Positions 8,523 through 18,754 are shown, counted from the stretch's first letter. The stretch is 64,000 nt of DNA from an uncultured Desulfobacteraceae bacterium (GCA_964384085.1 CAYLJZ010000007.1:3340-67339), one strand, 5' to 3'. The notes: generated by a model not told the origin, from the sequence alone. Program-made: numbers and translations.

Positions 8523-9446
8523 CTACCAATCCTTTCCCGACATGGGCCCACGGCGACCCCCTTCCGGCATTTGAAGCTGCAGGAGCTTGGAACGATCCTC
8601 GGTTACATTGTCCAGAAGGGCTTCCGCCTTCTTACGGTCCATGGATGACACGGACGCAGAACCGCCGTCCGGATCTTCGGACGGTTCAGGCAAGGCCTCG
8701 CGGGGCTTCAAGTCTCCTGACAGGTCCTGGGGGGCGCCGCTGTCGGCCTTCTGTTCCTGGCCCTGCTCGGACCGTTGCCCCTCGTCCTCCTGCTGTTTCG
8801 CTTGTTCAGATTCGTCTTCAGCGCCTTTTTGGTCCGCGTCCTTTTTCGAATCGCCATCCGTTTTGGACGCATCCGCCGACGCGGGTTTTTCCTGGGCCTT
8901 ATCCGGTTCCTTTTCCCTCTCTTCCTGGGACTCCTTCCCCTCCCCTTCTCTGCCGGAGGACGTCTCTTTCTCCTCTTTTTCCTTTTTCTGGGCCTCCAAT
9001 TTCCTGAGGGCGAGTTCCAGATTGTGACGCGCATCCGCCTGGTTTGGATCGATTCGAATGGCCTGCCGGTAATACTCGGCTGCAGAGGCTGCGTCGCCCT
9101 GGGTGAAGGCGGCATTGCCCAGATTGTAGGTGGCTCTGAAACGAATCTCCTTGTTTTCAGCCCTTCGCAAAACGCTGGAAAATGCAGCCGTGGCCCCCTT
9201 GTAGTCGCCAGCCTGATAATCGGCGCATCCCCGGTTGTAGCGATACCGCAGGTCCTTGGGCTGATTCATGTCCGATTGGGCATAGATCTTTTGCGCCTCG
9301 GCAAACCGACCCTCTTTGTACAGCGCATCCGGGTCCTCTGCCCCATGTGCCGAGGAGCCAAAGAATAGTCCGGCCCACGCAACCACAAGCATCCAGCGTC
9401 TCTTTCCCCCTGCCGTATTCCGCCTTCCGCGTTCCGTATTCCCCAT
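8523..9446 (-). CDS. batC: BatC-like TPR protein with a long acidic low-complexity tail
   Basis: TPR repeats (YNRGCADYQAGDYKGA, YNLGNAAFTQGDAASAAEYYRQAIRIDP) followed by an E/K/D/Q-rich tail. Operon position fits BatC. Confidence 0.75.
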   Translation of the reverse strand: MGNTERGRRNTAGGKRRWMLVVAWAGLFFGSSAHGAEDPDALYKEGRFAEAQKIYAQSDMNQPKDLRYRYNRGCADYQAGDYKGATAAFSSVLRRAENKEIRFRATYNLGNAAFTQGDAASAAEYYRQAIRIDPNQADARHNLELALRKLEAQKKEKEEKETSSGREGEGKESQEEREKEPDKAQEKPASADASKTDGDSKKDADQKGAEDESEQAKQQEDEGQRSEQGQEQKADSGAPQDLSGDLKPREALPEPSEDPDGGSASVSSMDRKKAEALLDNVTEDRSKLLQLQMPEGGRRGPMSGKDW

Positions 9447-10451
9447 TCAGGTACGCTCCTTTCCCACCTCGCGAATCAGGCCCTCGAGGAGGAGCAGGAC
9501 ACAGGCGGCCAGCACGAAGAGGGGAAAGCGTTCCTCATAGACCTTTATCTTTCCGCTCTTCAGTTGGGCGGCCTCCGTCCTCTGTTTGATCCCTTCGAAA
9601 TAAAGGACATCCAGATCCAGGTCCCCTGCCACCGACCGTACATAGGTCCCACCGGTCGCCGAGGCGATCTCCTTCAGTCCCTCTTCATTCAGCTTGGACA
9701 GGACCAGTTGTCCCTCGGCGTCCTTTTTGAAACCGCCCTTTCCGTCATCCGAGGGGATGGGGCCCCCGGATGGGTCCCCGATCCCAAAGACAAAGATCTT
9801 GATCCCTTTTTTGGCCGCCTCACGGGCCGCCTGAAGTCCCCGGTCTTCGTTGTCCTCGCCGTCGGTGATCAGGAGGATGACCTTGTCGGTCTCGGATGCA
9901 GCATCGAACGAAGAGATGGCGGTCTGAAGCGCCGCACCCAGGTCGGTCCCCGGCACCGGCACCATCGTCGGGCCCAGGGAGGTCAAAAACATAGCCAGGG
10001 CGCCATAGTCCAGGGTGAGGGGACACTGGGTAAAGGCTGCCCCTGCAAATGCCACCAGTCCCAGCCGGTCGCCCTGAACGACGCTGATGAAGTCCGAGAT
10101 CTCCCGCTTGGCCCTTTCCAGCCGGTTCGGTTCCACATCTTCCACCAGCATGCTTCGAGAGACATCCAGGACAATCAGAATATCTACCCCCCTCTGACTG
10201 ACCTCCTGGTAGTGGCTTCCCCACCGCGGTCCGGCCAGGGCCAGGATCATGAGGATGAGGGCGGCCAACAGGCATGCGGACCGAAGGACCCGCCTTCCCC
10301 TTCGAACGTCTCCTGTCAACCGCTTTAGGAGTTCCGGTTCGGCAAACCGTTCCATGGCCCGCGTCTTCTGCCGGTTATGGACGATAAAGAGGAGGGCCAT
10401 GAGCGGCGCCAGCCATAGAAAATGGAGGATCCATGGGTGCGCAAGGTTCAT
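9447..10451 (-). CDS. batB: BatB-like von Willebrand factor A (VWA) membrane protein
   Basis: N-terminal TM helices, MIDAS motif DVSRSM, VWA fold and a C-terminal TM. It overlaps the batA stop by 4 nt. Confidence 0.85.
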   Translation of the reverse strand: MNLAHPWILHFLWLAPLMALLFIVHNRQKTRAMERFAEPELLKRLTGDVRRGRRVLRSACLLAALILMILALAGPRWGSHYQEVSQRGVDILIVLDVSRSMLVEDVEPNRLERAKREISDFISVVQGDRLGLVAFAGAAFTQCPLTLDYGALAMFLTSLGPTMVPVPGTDLGAALQTAISSFDAASETDKVILLITDGEDNEDRGLQAAREAAKKGIKIFVFGIGDPSGGPIPSDDGKGGFKKDAEGQLVLSKLNEEGLKEIASATGGTYVRSVAGDLDLDVLYFEGIKQRTEAAQLKSGKIKVYEERFPLFVLAACVLLLLEGLIREVGKERT

Positions 10452-11443
10452 GGAATCACCCTCAGAATCCAGGTGTTGAGCAAAATCTCCAGACCGAACA
10501 GGAGGAGTGCGGGGACAAGGAGCCAGGCATAGAGTTCCTTGAAATGAAAGAACTCCTTGACCTTGACGTCCGTCTTTTCGGCCCGGTCAATCATATCGTA
10601 GATCTTCGACAGTTCCCGACTGTCGGCGGCACGGAAATACTTCCCCTCTCCGGTTTCGGCCACCTTTTTCAGCGTCTCTTCGTCCAAGTCCACTTGCTGA
10701 TGCACCAGGCGGGTCCCGAAAGGGGTCTTTACTCGAAAGGGCGCGGGTCCCTTTCCGCCCACTCCGATCGTATAAATCTTGACCCCCATTGCCCGGACCG
10801 CCTCCGCCGCCGCCAGGGGCGATATCTCCCCCGCATTGCTGCGGCCGTCCGTCAGGACGATGAGGATCTTGGACTTGGCCTTCAGGTCCTTCAACCGCTT
10901 TCCGCCGATGGCGACGGCCGACCCGATGGCCGTTCTATCGCCGGCCATCCCGATCTCCATCTTTTCCACCAGTCCCAGCAGGAGGCCCTTGTCAATCGTA
11001 AGGGGCGACTGGGTGAAGGCCTCGTCGCCAAAAACCACCAGCCCGATTCGATCGGTTTCCCTCTTTTTGATAAAATCGCTGACCACCTTTTTGACAGCGG
11101 TCAGCCGAGTGACCGGTTCATCCCCCAGTTTGAAGTCAAGGGCCTCCATGGACCCTGAGGTATCCAGGCAGAGCATGATGTCCACGCCCGGCGACCGGAC
11201 ATCCCGCGATACGTTGTAGAGCTGGGGCCGGGCTGCGGTGAGGACCAGGAGGGCCAGGATGCACCCCCTCAGAACCATGGGGAGTCTCACCAGAATCCGG
11301 CTGCGCGTTCCGGCCATGCCGACCATTCTGGAGGTCATGGAGTAGGTGATGGCAGCCGGCCGCCGCCAGAATGCAAAGACCATCCCTGCGGCTACGGCCA
11401 TCAGGAGGAAAAGCACGATCGGGTAGGCAAACCGAAACATCAT
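10448..11443 (-). CDS. batA: BatA-like VWA membrane protein
   Basis: N-terminal TM helices, MIDAS motif DTSGSM and a VWA fold. Translationally coupled to its neighbours through 4-nt overlaps. Confidence 0.85.
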   Translation of the reverse strand: MMFRFAYPIVLFLLMAVAAGMVFAFWRRPAAITYSMTSRMVGMAGTRSRILVRLPMVLRGCILALLVLTAARPQLYNVSRDVRSPGVDIMLCLDTSGSMEALDFKLGDEPVTRLTAVKKVVSDFIKKRETDRIGLVVFGDEAFTQSPLTIDKGLLLGLVEKMEIGMAGDRTAIGSAVAIGGKRLKDLKAKSKILIVLTDGRSNAGEISPLAAAEAVRAMGVKIYTIGVGGKGPAPFRVKTPFGTRLVHQQVDLDEETLKKVAETGEGKYFRAADSRELSKIYDMIDRAEKTDVKVKEFFHFKELYAWLLVPALLLFGLEILLNTWILRVIP

Positions 11444-12429
11444 AGGCCCGACTCCTCGGCCTGAATGGTTGGCCGCCTGCCAAATTTGATGCCGCGACCC
11501 TGGACCTTGTGCGCTTCATGATCCCTCTCAACGGCAGATCCGGTCTTCCGAATATAGGCAAGGGCCTGCTCAATCTCATCGCTTTTTTTGGCGGACGTCG
11601 GGTTGAGATCCGCAAATTTGACCAGGTCCGCGTCGTGCAGCAGGGGGAGGATCTGCCGGTCCTCGGGGGCCTGAATCGACAGGGCGATCTCCTGCGTGGT
11701 ATACTCCGCGGCAGGAAACCCCCTGAGGGCTTCCAGATAGCGTCTCAAGATTTCAGAAAACCGAAAGTAAAATTCCTTGATCTGGCCTTTTTCAAAAATG
11801 TTCTGAGACGCCAGTTCATGGATCTCCTGTTCTGCCGCGACGTGCGGGGGTACCTGCACCCGATGGAGGCCTTCCCTGTTACGGCGTCTTCTCAGCCACA
11901 GAAACAGAACAACCCCTGCCGCACAGACTATCACGGCCAGAAGACCCCATTGCAGCGGCTTTATGAGGCCGGACCGGGTGGGGATAATCCCGGCGATCGG
12001 TTTGATCTGGGCCTCTTCAGGCCGTTCCCCAAGGTTTGACAGGACCGTCAGGGAAACCGGGTCGGTTCGCAGAGATTCCGTCTTCCCTTCAGGGGTCAGA
12101 AAGGCCAGGGAGAGGGACCCCGTCTTAAGCTCGCCGAGACGATCCGCCAGTATCCGTACGCGAATCTCCTGGCCATTCTTCTGAATGCCCTCCACCCCAA
12201 GGCCCTCCAGTCCCTGGATCACCAGCTTTTCGGGAAGTTGACCCCCTTTCGGGAGGCGGTGAGCGAGTGCGAGTTCGACCATGCTCCCCACCTGGGTCGA
12301 ATCAGGAACAAAGCGTGCCTTTAACCGGGTCTCGGGGCGGTCCGATTCGCCAGCCCAAACCGCATGGGGCCAGAGAAGAAAAGAGACCAGGACCATAACC
12401 TTCAAACAGGCGCCTCTTGCCCCCCTCAT
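11440..12429 (-). CDS. Bat-operon membrane protein (signal peptide, periplasmic domain, one TM, DUF4381-like tail)
   Basis: Signal peptide (VMVLVSFLLWPHAVWA), TM segment (LLAVIVCAAGVVLFLWLRRRR) and a tail FYFRFSEILRRYLEALRGFPAAEYTTQE...DLVKFA that resembles the BatD C-terminal tail. It sits between DUF58 and batA. Confidence 0.6.
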   Translation of the reverse strand: MRGARGACLKVMVLVSFLLWPHAVWAGESDRPETRLKARFVPDSTQVGSMVELALAHRLPKGGQLPEKLVIQGLEGLGVEGIQKNGQEIRVRILADRLGELKTGSLSLAFLTPEGKTESLRTDPVSLTVLSNLGERPEEAQIKPIAGIIPTRSGLIKPLQWGLLAVIVCAAGVVLFLWLRRRRNREGLHRVQVPPHVAAEQEIHELASQNIFEKGQIKEFYFRFSEILRRYLEALRGFPAAEYTTQEIALSIQAPEDRQILPLLHDADLVKFADLNPTSAKKSDEIEQALAYIRKTGSAVERDHEAHKVQGRGIKFGRRPTIQAEESGL

Positions 12430-13316
12430 TGTCGCCGTCTCCTCATCTCAAAGAGCCGGGTCAGGGGTTCCACCACCGGGCCGTCGGTGGTCAGCTCCAC
12501 ATAATCGACCCCCGCCCGCCTCAGGAGGTCGGTCAAATACGCCCGCTGCTGGGCGCGGTAGGCCCGCCACCTTTCCCTGAGGCGTTTGCTGCGGGTGTCC
12601 AACAGGGCAATCTCGCCGGTTTCAGGGTCTTTGAGGGTTATCAGACCCACCTCGGGAAGGACCTCTTCGGCGGGATCCGTCACTCGAATGATGGTCAGAT
12701 CGTGTTTTCGAGCCGTGAGTCTCAGGGCCTTCTCGAAGCCGGTGTCCATGCAATCGGATATGAGAAAGACAATCGAGTGGCGCTTGGCCACCCGGTTCAG
12801 ATAGGTGAGGACCGCGTCGATGTCAGTCTTCGGGTCCCTGGGTTCATAGGTAAAGATTTCTTTAATCAGGCGCCAAACATGAGACGCCCCCTTCTTGGGA
12901 GGAATATATTTCTCCACCCCGGAACTAAACAGGATGGCCCCGACCTTATCGTTGGTCCGAATGGCTAAAAAGGCCAGCATCCCTGCCACCTCGGCCAGCA
13001 GCTCCCGCTTGAATTTCGCTCTTGTTCCAAACAGATGGGACCCGGAGAGATCCAGGATGAGGATAACGGTCAGTTCCCGCTCTTCATGAAAAACCTTGAC
13101 AAAGGGGTGGCCGAACCGTGCGGATACATTCCAGTCGATAGTCCGAATATCATCGCCGATCTCATATTCCCTGACCTCGGCAAACTCCATCCCTCGACCC
13201 TTGTATGCACTCTCATACTGGCCTGCAAAGAGATCGTTGGCCCTGCGCTTTGTGGTAAAGTGGAACCGCTGGATCTTTTTGAACACCGCCTCTGAAAGCA
13301 TATCAGGGGACCTCAA
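12426..13316 (-). CDS. DUF58 domain protein (MoxR partner, VWA-like)
   Basis: FAEVREYEIGDDIRTIDWNVSAR is the classic DUF58 motif. It lies directly after moxR. Confidence 0.85.
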   Translation of the reverse strand: MRSPDMLSEAVFKKIQRFHFTTKRRANDLFAGQYESAYKGRGMEFAEVREYEIGDDIRTIDWNVSARFGHPFVKVFHEERELTVILILDLSGSHLFGTRAKFKRELLAEVAGMLAFLAIRTNDKVGAILFSSGVEKYIPPKKGASHVWRLIKEIFTYEPRDPKTDIDAVLTYLNRVAKRHSIVFLISDCMDTGFEKALRLTARKHDLTIIRVTDPAEEVLPEVGLITLKDPETGEIALLDTRSKRLRERWRAYRAQQRAYLTDLLRRAGVDYVELTTDGPVVEPLTRLFEMRRRRQ

Positions 13317-14283
13317 TCCGGTCTAACACGATCTTTATCAGATCGTCGGCACACTTCTCTTCGGCCTCTGCCTCGTAGCTGAGAATGATTCGGTGGCGCA
13401 GGACGTCCGGGGCCATCGACTTGACGTCCTGAGGCGTCACATAGCCGCGGCCGCTCAAGAATGCATGGGCGCGAGCGGCCATGCCGAGCCAGATGGAGGC
13501 CCTGGGGGAGGCCCCGTAGCTGATCATGGGAGCGATATCGAGGCCGAACTGTTCCGGTCGGCGGGTGGCAGCGGCCAGTCGCACAATGTAATCCATGATT
13601 CGGTCCTCCATATGGATCTGTTTCATGGTCTCCTGGGCGGAATGAAGCTGCTCCACGTCTACTACCCCTTCCACCTCCTCGTCCAACCCTGCATAGACCC
13701 TCGCCATGATCTCCTTTTCTTCCTCTGCCGATGGATAGTCCACCTTGATCTTCAGCATGAACCGATCGATCTGGGCCTCGGGGAGGGGATACGTCCCCTC
13801 CTGTTCAATCGGGTTCTGTGTGGCCAGGACCAGAAAAGGGCGGGCAAGGGGAAAGGTGGTCTCCCCGATGGTGATCTGCCGCTCCTGCATTGCCTCCAAA
13901 AGCGCGCTCTGGACCTTGGCCGGGGCCCGGTTGATTTCGTCCGCCAGAATGATGTTGTGAAAGACAGGCCCCTTTCGAATCTCGAAGCCGCAGGTATCCG
14001 GCCGGTAGAACTGGGTCCCCAATATATCGGCGGGAAGAAGGTCGGGGGTGAACTGGATCCTTTGAAATGTGGTCCGAATGGAGGCGGCCATGGTCTTGAC
14101 GGCCGTGGTCTTGGCCAGCCCCGGAAGACCCTCGAGCAGCAGATGGCCATCGCATAAGAGCCCGATCAGCATCCGTTCGATGAGGCTTCGCTGGCCCACA
14201 ATCACCCTCTCGATCCCTGCCATGACCTGCCTGACCATCAGGCTCTCTTTTTCAACCCTTCGCGTGATTTCCTGTATATCCAT
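13303..14283 (-). CDS. moxR: MoxR-family AAA+ ATPase
   Basis: Walker A GLPGLAKT, Walker B ILADEINRA and FLVLATQNPIEQEGTYPLPEAQIDRF, which are typical of MoxR. Confidence 0.9.
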   Translation of the reverse strand: MDIQEITRRVEKESLMVRQVMAGIERVIVGQRSLIERMLIGLLCDGHLLLEGLPGLAKTTAVKTMAASIRTTFQRIQFTPDLLPADILGTQFYRPDTCGFEIRKGPVFHNIILADEINRAPAKVQSALLEAMQERQITIGETTFPLARPFLVLATQNPIEQEGTYPLPEAQIDRFMLKIKVDYPSAEEEKEIMARVYAGLDEEVEGVVDVEQLHSAQETMKQIHMEDRIMDYIVRLAAATRRPEQFGLDIAPMISYGASPRASIWLGMAARAHAFLSGRGYVTPQDVKSMAPDVLRHRIILSYEAEAEEKCADDLIKIVLDRIEVP

Positions 14284-14699
14284 CCGTCCTTCTCCTTCTG
14301 ATCGCGTCGGGATGGTTCCAACTCTCCCGCCGCCTGATGTTTCGGACCCTTTTCCCGTAAGGGATACATGTAATTTCTCAATAAGTTTGAGTGGAAGTTA
14401 TCCGTCAGGCTTTTATAAAAAGGCTTGCGCCTAAACTCCACTATGTCATGCGTATCTCTTTCAATCCATCTTACGCATCGTCGTAGTGCGCGTATTCGAA
14501 CCGATTGAGAAGTTGCGCAAAAAATTATATAACCATCTGATATGATTATCTTAAAATATATTCCGGAAAAATAAACACCCTCTTCGGCTTGTCAAGGTCA
14601 TCGATCCTTGAAGGTCAGAGGACCCCTGGGCCTGCGCAACCTGTCCCTGCAGCAGAAAAGGGAAATGGCCGAATGCCGAGAGCGGGGGGAGATGCGGAT

Positions 14700-16706
14700 T
14701 CACATCTTGCCGACCAGGGACAGGGCCGTTTCAACCACGTGATCGGGGGTAAATCCGAATTCCTTGTACAAAACCGCGCCCGGGGCCGATGCCCCGAACC
14801 GGTTCAGGCCGATGACGGCGCCCGAATCCCCCACATAACGGCTCCACCCCTGGGTGACCCCTGCCTCGACGGCGATCCGGGCCTTGGTGTCAGGGGGAAG
14901 GACTCGACGACGATACGCATCGTCCTGGCCGTCGAACAGCTCCCAGGAGGGCATGCTCACGACCCGGACCTTCTTGCCCGTTCCGGCCAGGCGTTCGGCC
15001 GCTTGAAGGGCGATGTGGACCTCGGACCCCGTGGCGATCAGGATGATGTCCGGAATGCCGTCGGGGGCATCTTTCAATATGTAGGCGCCCCGGGTCAGGT
15101 TGTCGGCCCCGGCATAGAGAGAGCGATCCAGCACCGGCAGGTCCTGCCGGGTGAGGGCAAGGGCGACCGGTCCGGTCAACTGAAGGGCCGTCTTCCAGGC
15201 CTCGGCGGTTTCATTGCTGTCGCAGGGACGGATCACCGTCAGTCCCGGAATCGCCCTGAGGGCGACCAACTGCTCCACCGGCTGGTGGGTCGGCCCGTCC
15301 TCCCCTAGGCCGATGCTGTCGTGGGTAAAGACGTAGATGACCTTGAGCCCCATCAGGGCCGCCAGCCGAATAGCCGGCCGCATGTAGTCGGAAAAAATCA
15401 GAAATGTCCCTCCATAGGGAATGACGCCTCCGTGAAGGGCCATGCCGTTCAGGATGGCCCCCATCCCGTGCTCCCTGACGCCGAACCTCAGATTGCGGCC
15501 CCCGTAGGCATTCGCCTGAAAATCGGTTTCGCCTCCTATCTCCGTCTTGTTGGAAGGGGCCAGGTCCGCAGATCCTCCGATCAGGCTGGGGACATTGCGT
15601 GCAATGGCATTCAGTACCTTGCCCGAGGCGACCCGCGTGGCCATCCCCTTCGGGTCTGCGGGGAAAATAGGGATTTCCCTGTCCCAGGCCTCTGGAAGCA
15701 TCCCGTTTATGCACCCATCCCATTTCGTTGCCAGATCCGGGAATGCCTTGGCGTATGAACGCAATCCTTCTTTCCACAGTTCCTCGTTTTGGGCCCCCGT
15801 TTCCATCGCGGACCGAAAGCGATCCCGCACCTCACCCGGAACCAGGAAGGCCGGTTCAGCGGGCCAGCCGAGGTTTTCCTTGGTCCGGAGAAGCTCCTGG
15901 GCGCCCAACGGCTCCCCATGGGCAGAGGCCTTGTCCGCCTTGTTGGGACTCCCGTAACCGATATGGGTCCTGACGGCAATGAACGACGGACGGTCGGTCA
16001 CACGCTGAGCGGCTGCAATGGCCGCCTCAATGGCGTCCAGGTCGTTTCCGTCCGCCACCCGCTGAACGTGCCAGCCATAGGCCTCGAACCGAAGATCGCG
16101 CGCCTCGGTAAAGGCAATCTCCGTGGGTCCCTCGATGGAGATATGGTTGTCATCGTAGAGATATATCAATTTTCCGAGCCCAAGATGGCCTGCCAGAGAG
16201 GCCGCCTCGTGGCTGATCCCTTCCATGAGGTCTCCGTCGCTGACGATGCCGTAGGTGAAGTGGTCGACAACCGGAAATCCCGGTCGGTTGAAGCGGGCGG
16301 CCAGGGAGCGCTCCGCAATAGCCATGCCCACGCCGGCGGCAAACCCCTGGCCCAGGGGGCCGGTCGTTATCTCTACACCGGGAGTGAGGGGATATTCGGG
16401 GTGGCCCGGGGTCCGGCTGCCCCACTGCCGGAATTCCTTGAGATCGTCCAAAGAGAGATCATAACCCGTAAGATGAAGGAGACTGTAGAGGAGCATAGAA
16501 CCATGCCCTGCAGAGAGGACAAACCGGTCCCTGCCAGGCCATCGGGGATTACGGGGGTTGTGCCTTAGAAAACGGGTCCACAAGACATAGGCCATCGGGG
16601 CCGCGCCCATCGGCATGCCGGGGTGTCCCGAACGGGCCTTTTCTACCCCGTCCGCCGAGAGCATTCGAATGGTATTGACGCACAAGGCGTCCAGTTCTGA
16701 TATCAT
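14700..16706 (-). CDS. tkt: Transketolase
   Basis: 668 aa. Contains [21 protein letters not shown] and [13 protein letters not shown], the transketolase signatures. Confidence 0.95.
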   Translation of the reverse strand: MISELDALCVNTIRMLSADGVEKARSGHPGMPMGAAPMAYVLWTRFLRHNPRNPRWPGRDRFVLSAGHGSMLLYSLLHLTGYDLSLDDLKEFRQWGSRTPGHPEYPLTPGVEITTGPLGQGFAAGVGMAIAERSLAARFNRPGFPVVDHFTYGIVSDGDLMEGISHEAASLAGHLGLGKLIYLYDDNHISIEGPTEIAFTEARDLRFEAYGWHVQRVADGNDLDAIEAAIAAAQRVTDRPSFIAVRTHIGYGSPNKADKASAHGEPLGAQELLRTKENLGWPAEPAFLVPGEVRDRFRSAMETGAQNEELWKEGLRSYAKAFPDLATKWDGCINGMLPEAWDREIPIFPADPKGMATRVASGKVLNAIARNVPSLIGGSADLAPSNKTEIGGETDFQANAYGGRNLRFGVREHGMGAILNGMALHGGVIPYGGTFLIFSDYMRPAIRLAALMGLKVIYVFTHDSIGLGEDGPTHQPVEQLVALRAIPGLTVIRPCDSNETAEAWKTALQLTGPVALALTRQDLPVLDRSLYAGADNLTRGAYILKDAPDGIPDIILIATGSEVHIALQAAERLAGTGKKVRVVSMPSWELFDGQDDAYRRRVLPPDTKARIAVEAGVTQGWSRYVGDSGAVIGLNRFGASAPGAVLYKEFGFTPDHVVETALSLVGKM

Positions 16707-16724
16707 ATTCTGGTCAAGCTCCTT

Positions 16725-17450
16725 TCAATGTGTGTTGAGACCTGACGTCGATCCCCGTAACCGCTTGAGAATCATCGGAATAAAAAATGACAAGACAAAA
16801 ACCGCCATGGCAAAACCGGCTTCCAGGGAGACCAGATCTTTCCAGTTCCCGGAAACCCAAACCGTTTTCAGCGTCCCGCCCATAAAGGTGAGGACGAAAA
16901 TAGAGGCGGTGACGCCCAAGCCGGTCCCGAAGAAAAAATCTCGAAAATGGACCTTTGTCAGACTCAGGCCGTAGTTCAACGGAGTGAAGGGGGAATTGAG
17001 GAGACGCAGATACAGCACCGTAGTAAATCCGTTTCTCTCGAGGGCGTTGTCATACCTGTTCAACCGGTCTCCAATAATGGAGGCGACAAAATCCCGCCCC
17101 AAGGTCCTCCCCACAAAAAAGGCCATACTGGCACCCGCCACAGCGCCCAGCCATCCGCAGAGAAAGCCCCAGTAGGCCCCGAAGAGCCCGGCCCCCAGGA
17201 GGATCGGGATGCTCGCCGGGACAAAAAGGGAGATGGCCACGGCCTCGATAAGGATGAATAAAACAGGCGCCCATCCCCCCATCGCATTCAAGATGCGGCC
17301 CAGAAAATCGGGCGTGGCAAGATCCTTCACCGCCGTAAACCGAAAGAGACAGGCCGCCCCAGCCAGAAAAAGGACAAGGATCAGAAACTTCGCTAATTTT
17401 TTCAGGGTGATGGTCCTCGCTTGATCAGGCATGTCCGTCATTATTACCAT
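16725..17450 (-). CDS. TVP38/TMEM64 (DedA-related, VTT domain) membrane protein
   Basis: Polytopic membrane protein with LLGAGLFGAYWGFLCGWLGAVAGASMAFFVGRTLGR, which is VTT-domain-like. Confidence 0.75.
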   Translation of the reverse strand: MVIMTDMPDQARTITLKKLAKFLILVLFLAGAACLFRFTAVKDLATPDFLGRILNAMGGWAPVLFILIEAVAISLFVPASIPILLGAGLFGAYWGFLCGWLGAVAGASMAFFVGRTLGRDFVASIIGDRLNRYDNALERNGFTTVLYLRLLNSPFTPLNYGLSLTKVHFRDFFFGTGLGVTASIFVLTFMGGTLKTVWVSGNWKDLVSLEAGFAMAVFVLSFFIPMILKRLRGSTSGLNTH

Positions 17451-17632
17451 AAGAATACTGTCTCCACGCTCCGGTTCAAACAGGTGAATTTCCGTGTGCC
17501 GACGAACCCTTGATCATGAGCACCCGTATCCGACATTCACCGCCCCCTCTTTACCAGCTTTTGAGTGGGCAATCAACGATCAAATTCCGAGGCACGATCT
17601 CAGCGAAGACGCCTCCCCTATCCAGTATCCAG

Positions 17633-18418
17633 TCAGATCTGCCCCCTCAGTTTTGCCCAGGCGAGACCCAGGTATTCGTGCACCGCAGCGGTCGAATCTT
17701 CCAGGGCGTCCACGTTGGGGAAAAACCATCCGGGTGTCACAACCGGTTCGCTGTCTTTTGTCACTCCGACCGGCGCGGGGATCGGGTCCATGCCCTGCCC
17801 GGTGAAAAACGCCACAGAGCGGCGCATATGAACGGCAGATGTAACCAGAACAAAGGGATGGTTCCCTACAATGGGGCGAATCAGACGCGCTTGGTCCTCA
17901 GTGTCATAGGAACCGGACTCCAGGATGATATCGCGTCGGTCCACCCCAAGAAAGCGAGCCACTTCAACCATGACATGCGTCTCAGGGACAGGATCAAAGG
18001 CCCCGCACCCGGACAGGAGGAGCCTGCTTCCAGGGTGCTGACGAAATATCCGGACGCCCTCCATGAGTCGCAGGAGCGAATTACAGGTCAGCCAGCCGGT
18101 GACGGGGATGGACGGATCAGCGGTATGTCCTCCGGCAAGGACCACCACAAACTTGACCTCCCGTGCGACACGTGAGTCCGCGCCCGATGCCCGCTCTGCC
18201 ATGTAGGGCTCAAACCGGTTTTTCAACGGATCATCCATGGTCCTCGACATCGGAAGATAGCTCATGACAGTAAGGGAAACCAGGCCAAGCGTTACCAGGA
18301 TTTTTCCGGTCATCTCTCTCCTGCCGCGCCACAGGAGAAACAGCCCCACGAAGGCGATCAGGAGGCACGCCGGCAGGGGGAGCAACATCGAACCGATGAT
18401 TTTTTTGAAAAGAAACAT
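17633..18418 (-). CDS. DUF218 (YdcF/ElyC/SanA-like) protein
   Basis: N-terminal TM plus a DUF218-like core (VVVLAGG...LLLSGCG...). Start moved to the ATG at 18418 (MFLFKKIIG). Confidence 0.7.
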   Translation of the reverse strand: MFLFKKIIGSMLLPLPACLLIAFVGLFLLWRGRREMTGKILVTLGLVSLTVMSYLPMSRTMDDPLKNRFEPYMAERASGADSRVAREVKFVVVLAGGHTADPSIPVTGWLTCNSLLRLMEGVRIFRQHPGSRLLLSGCGAFDPVPETHVMVEVARFLGVDRRDIILESGSYDTEDQARLIRPIVGNHPFVLVTSAVHMRRSVAFFTGQGMDPIPAPVGVTKDSEPVVTPGWFFPNVDALEDSTAAVHEYLGLAWAKLRGQI

Positions 18419-18532
18419 AGCCGAGATCCTTTGAATTGTCGATCGATGGGTGTTGATGGATGATTGAAAAAAACCGCTAATACCGGCAGAAAGCAAGCCG
18501 TAAGGCGTAGGGAGCAGGCAGCATCAGAACAA

Positions 18533-18576
18533 AGAGGTCGGAATTCAGAGGTCGGAGGTCGAAGGTCGGAAAAAAA
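18533..18576. repeat. Cluster of GGTCGGA-type short repeats (AGAGGTCGGA x2, then GGTCGAAGGTCGGA plus an A-run)
   Basis: Read directly. 18558..18574 is the exact reverse complement of 23316..23332. Confidence 0.6.
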
Positions 18577-18754
18577 CCCGGTCCGCAGCGTCTTCCATTC
18601 CAGCGTCCAGCATCTAAAATCCAGGATACAGAAACCAGCCCCCCATTGTAAAAAAGTATTGTAAAGCGAGACAAAAAAAGATACAAACAATTCCCGGCCG
18701 TTTGGGCCGAGTGCCGCGAGCCTTGCGCGGTCCAAGTATTTCGGGGGGATACTG

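Noticed and set aside
8587-9368. Several overlapping ORFs on both strands within batC
   Set aside because: They are generated by the acidic low-complexity (GAA/GAG/AAG-rich) tail of BatC, and their sequences are S/P/R/F-rich nonsense.
18533-18576. GGTCGGA repeats considered as a CRISPR array
   Set aside because: The units are 7-10 nt and directly abutting, with no spacers of 25-40 nt. There are no cas genes. This is not a CRISPR array.
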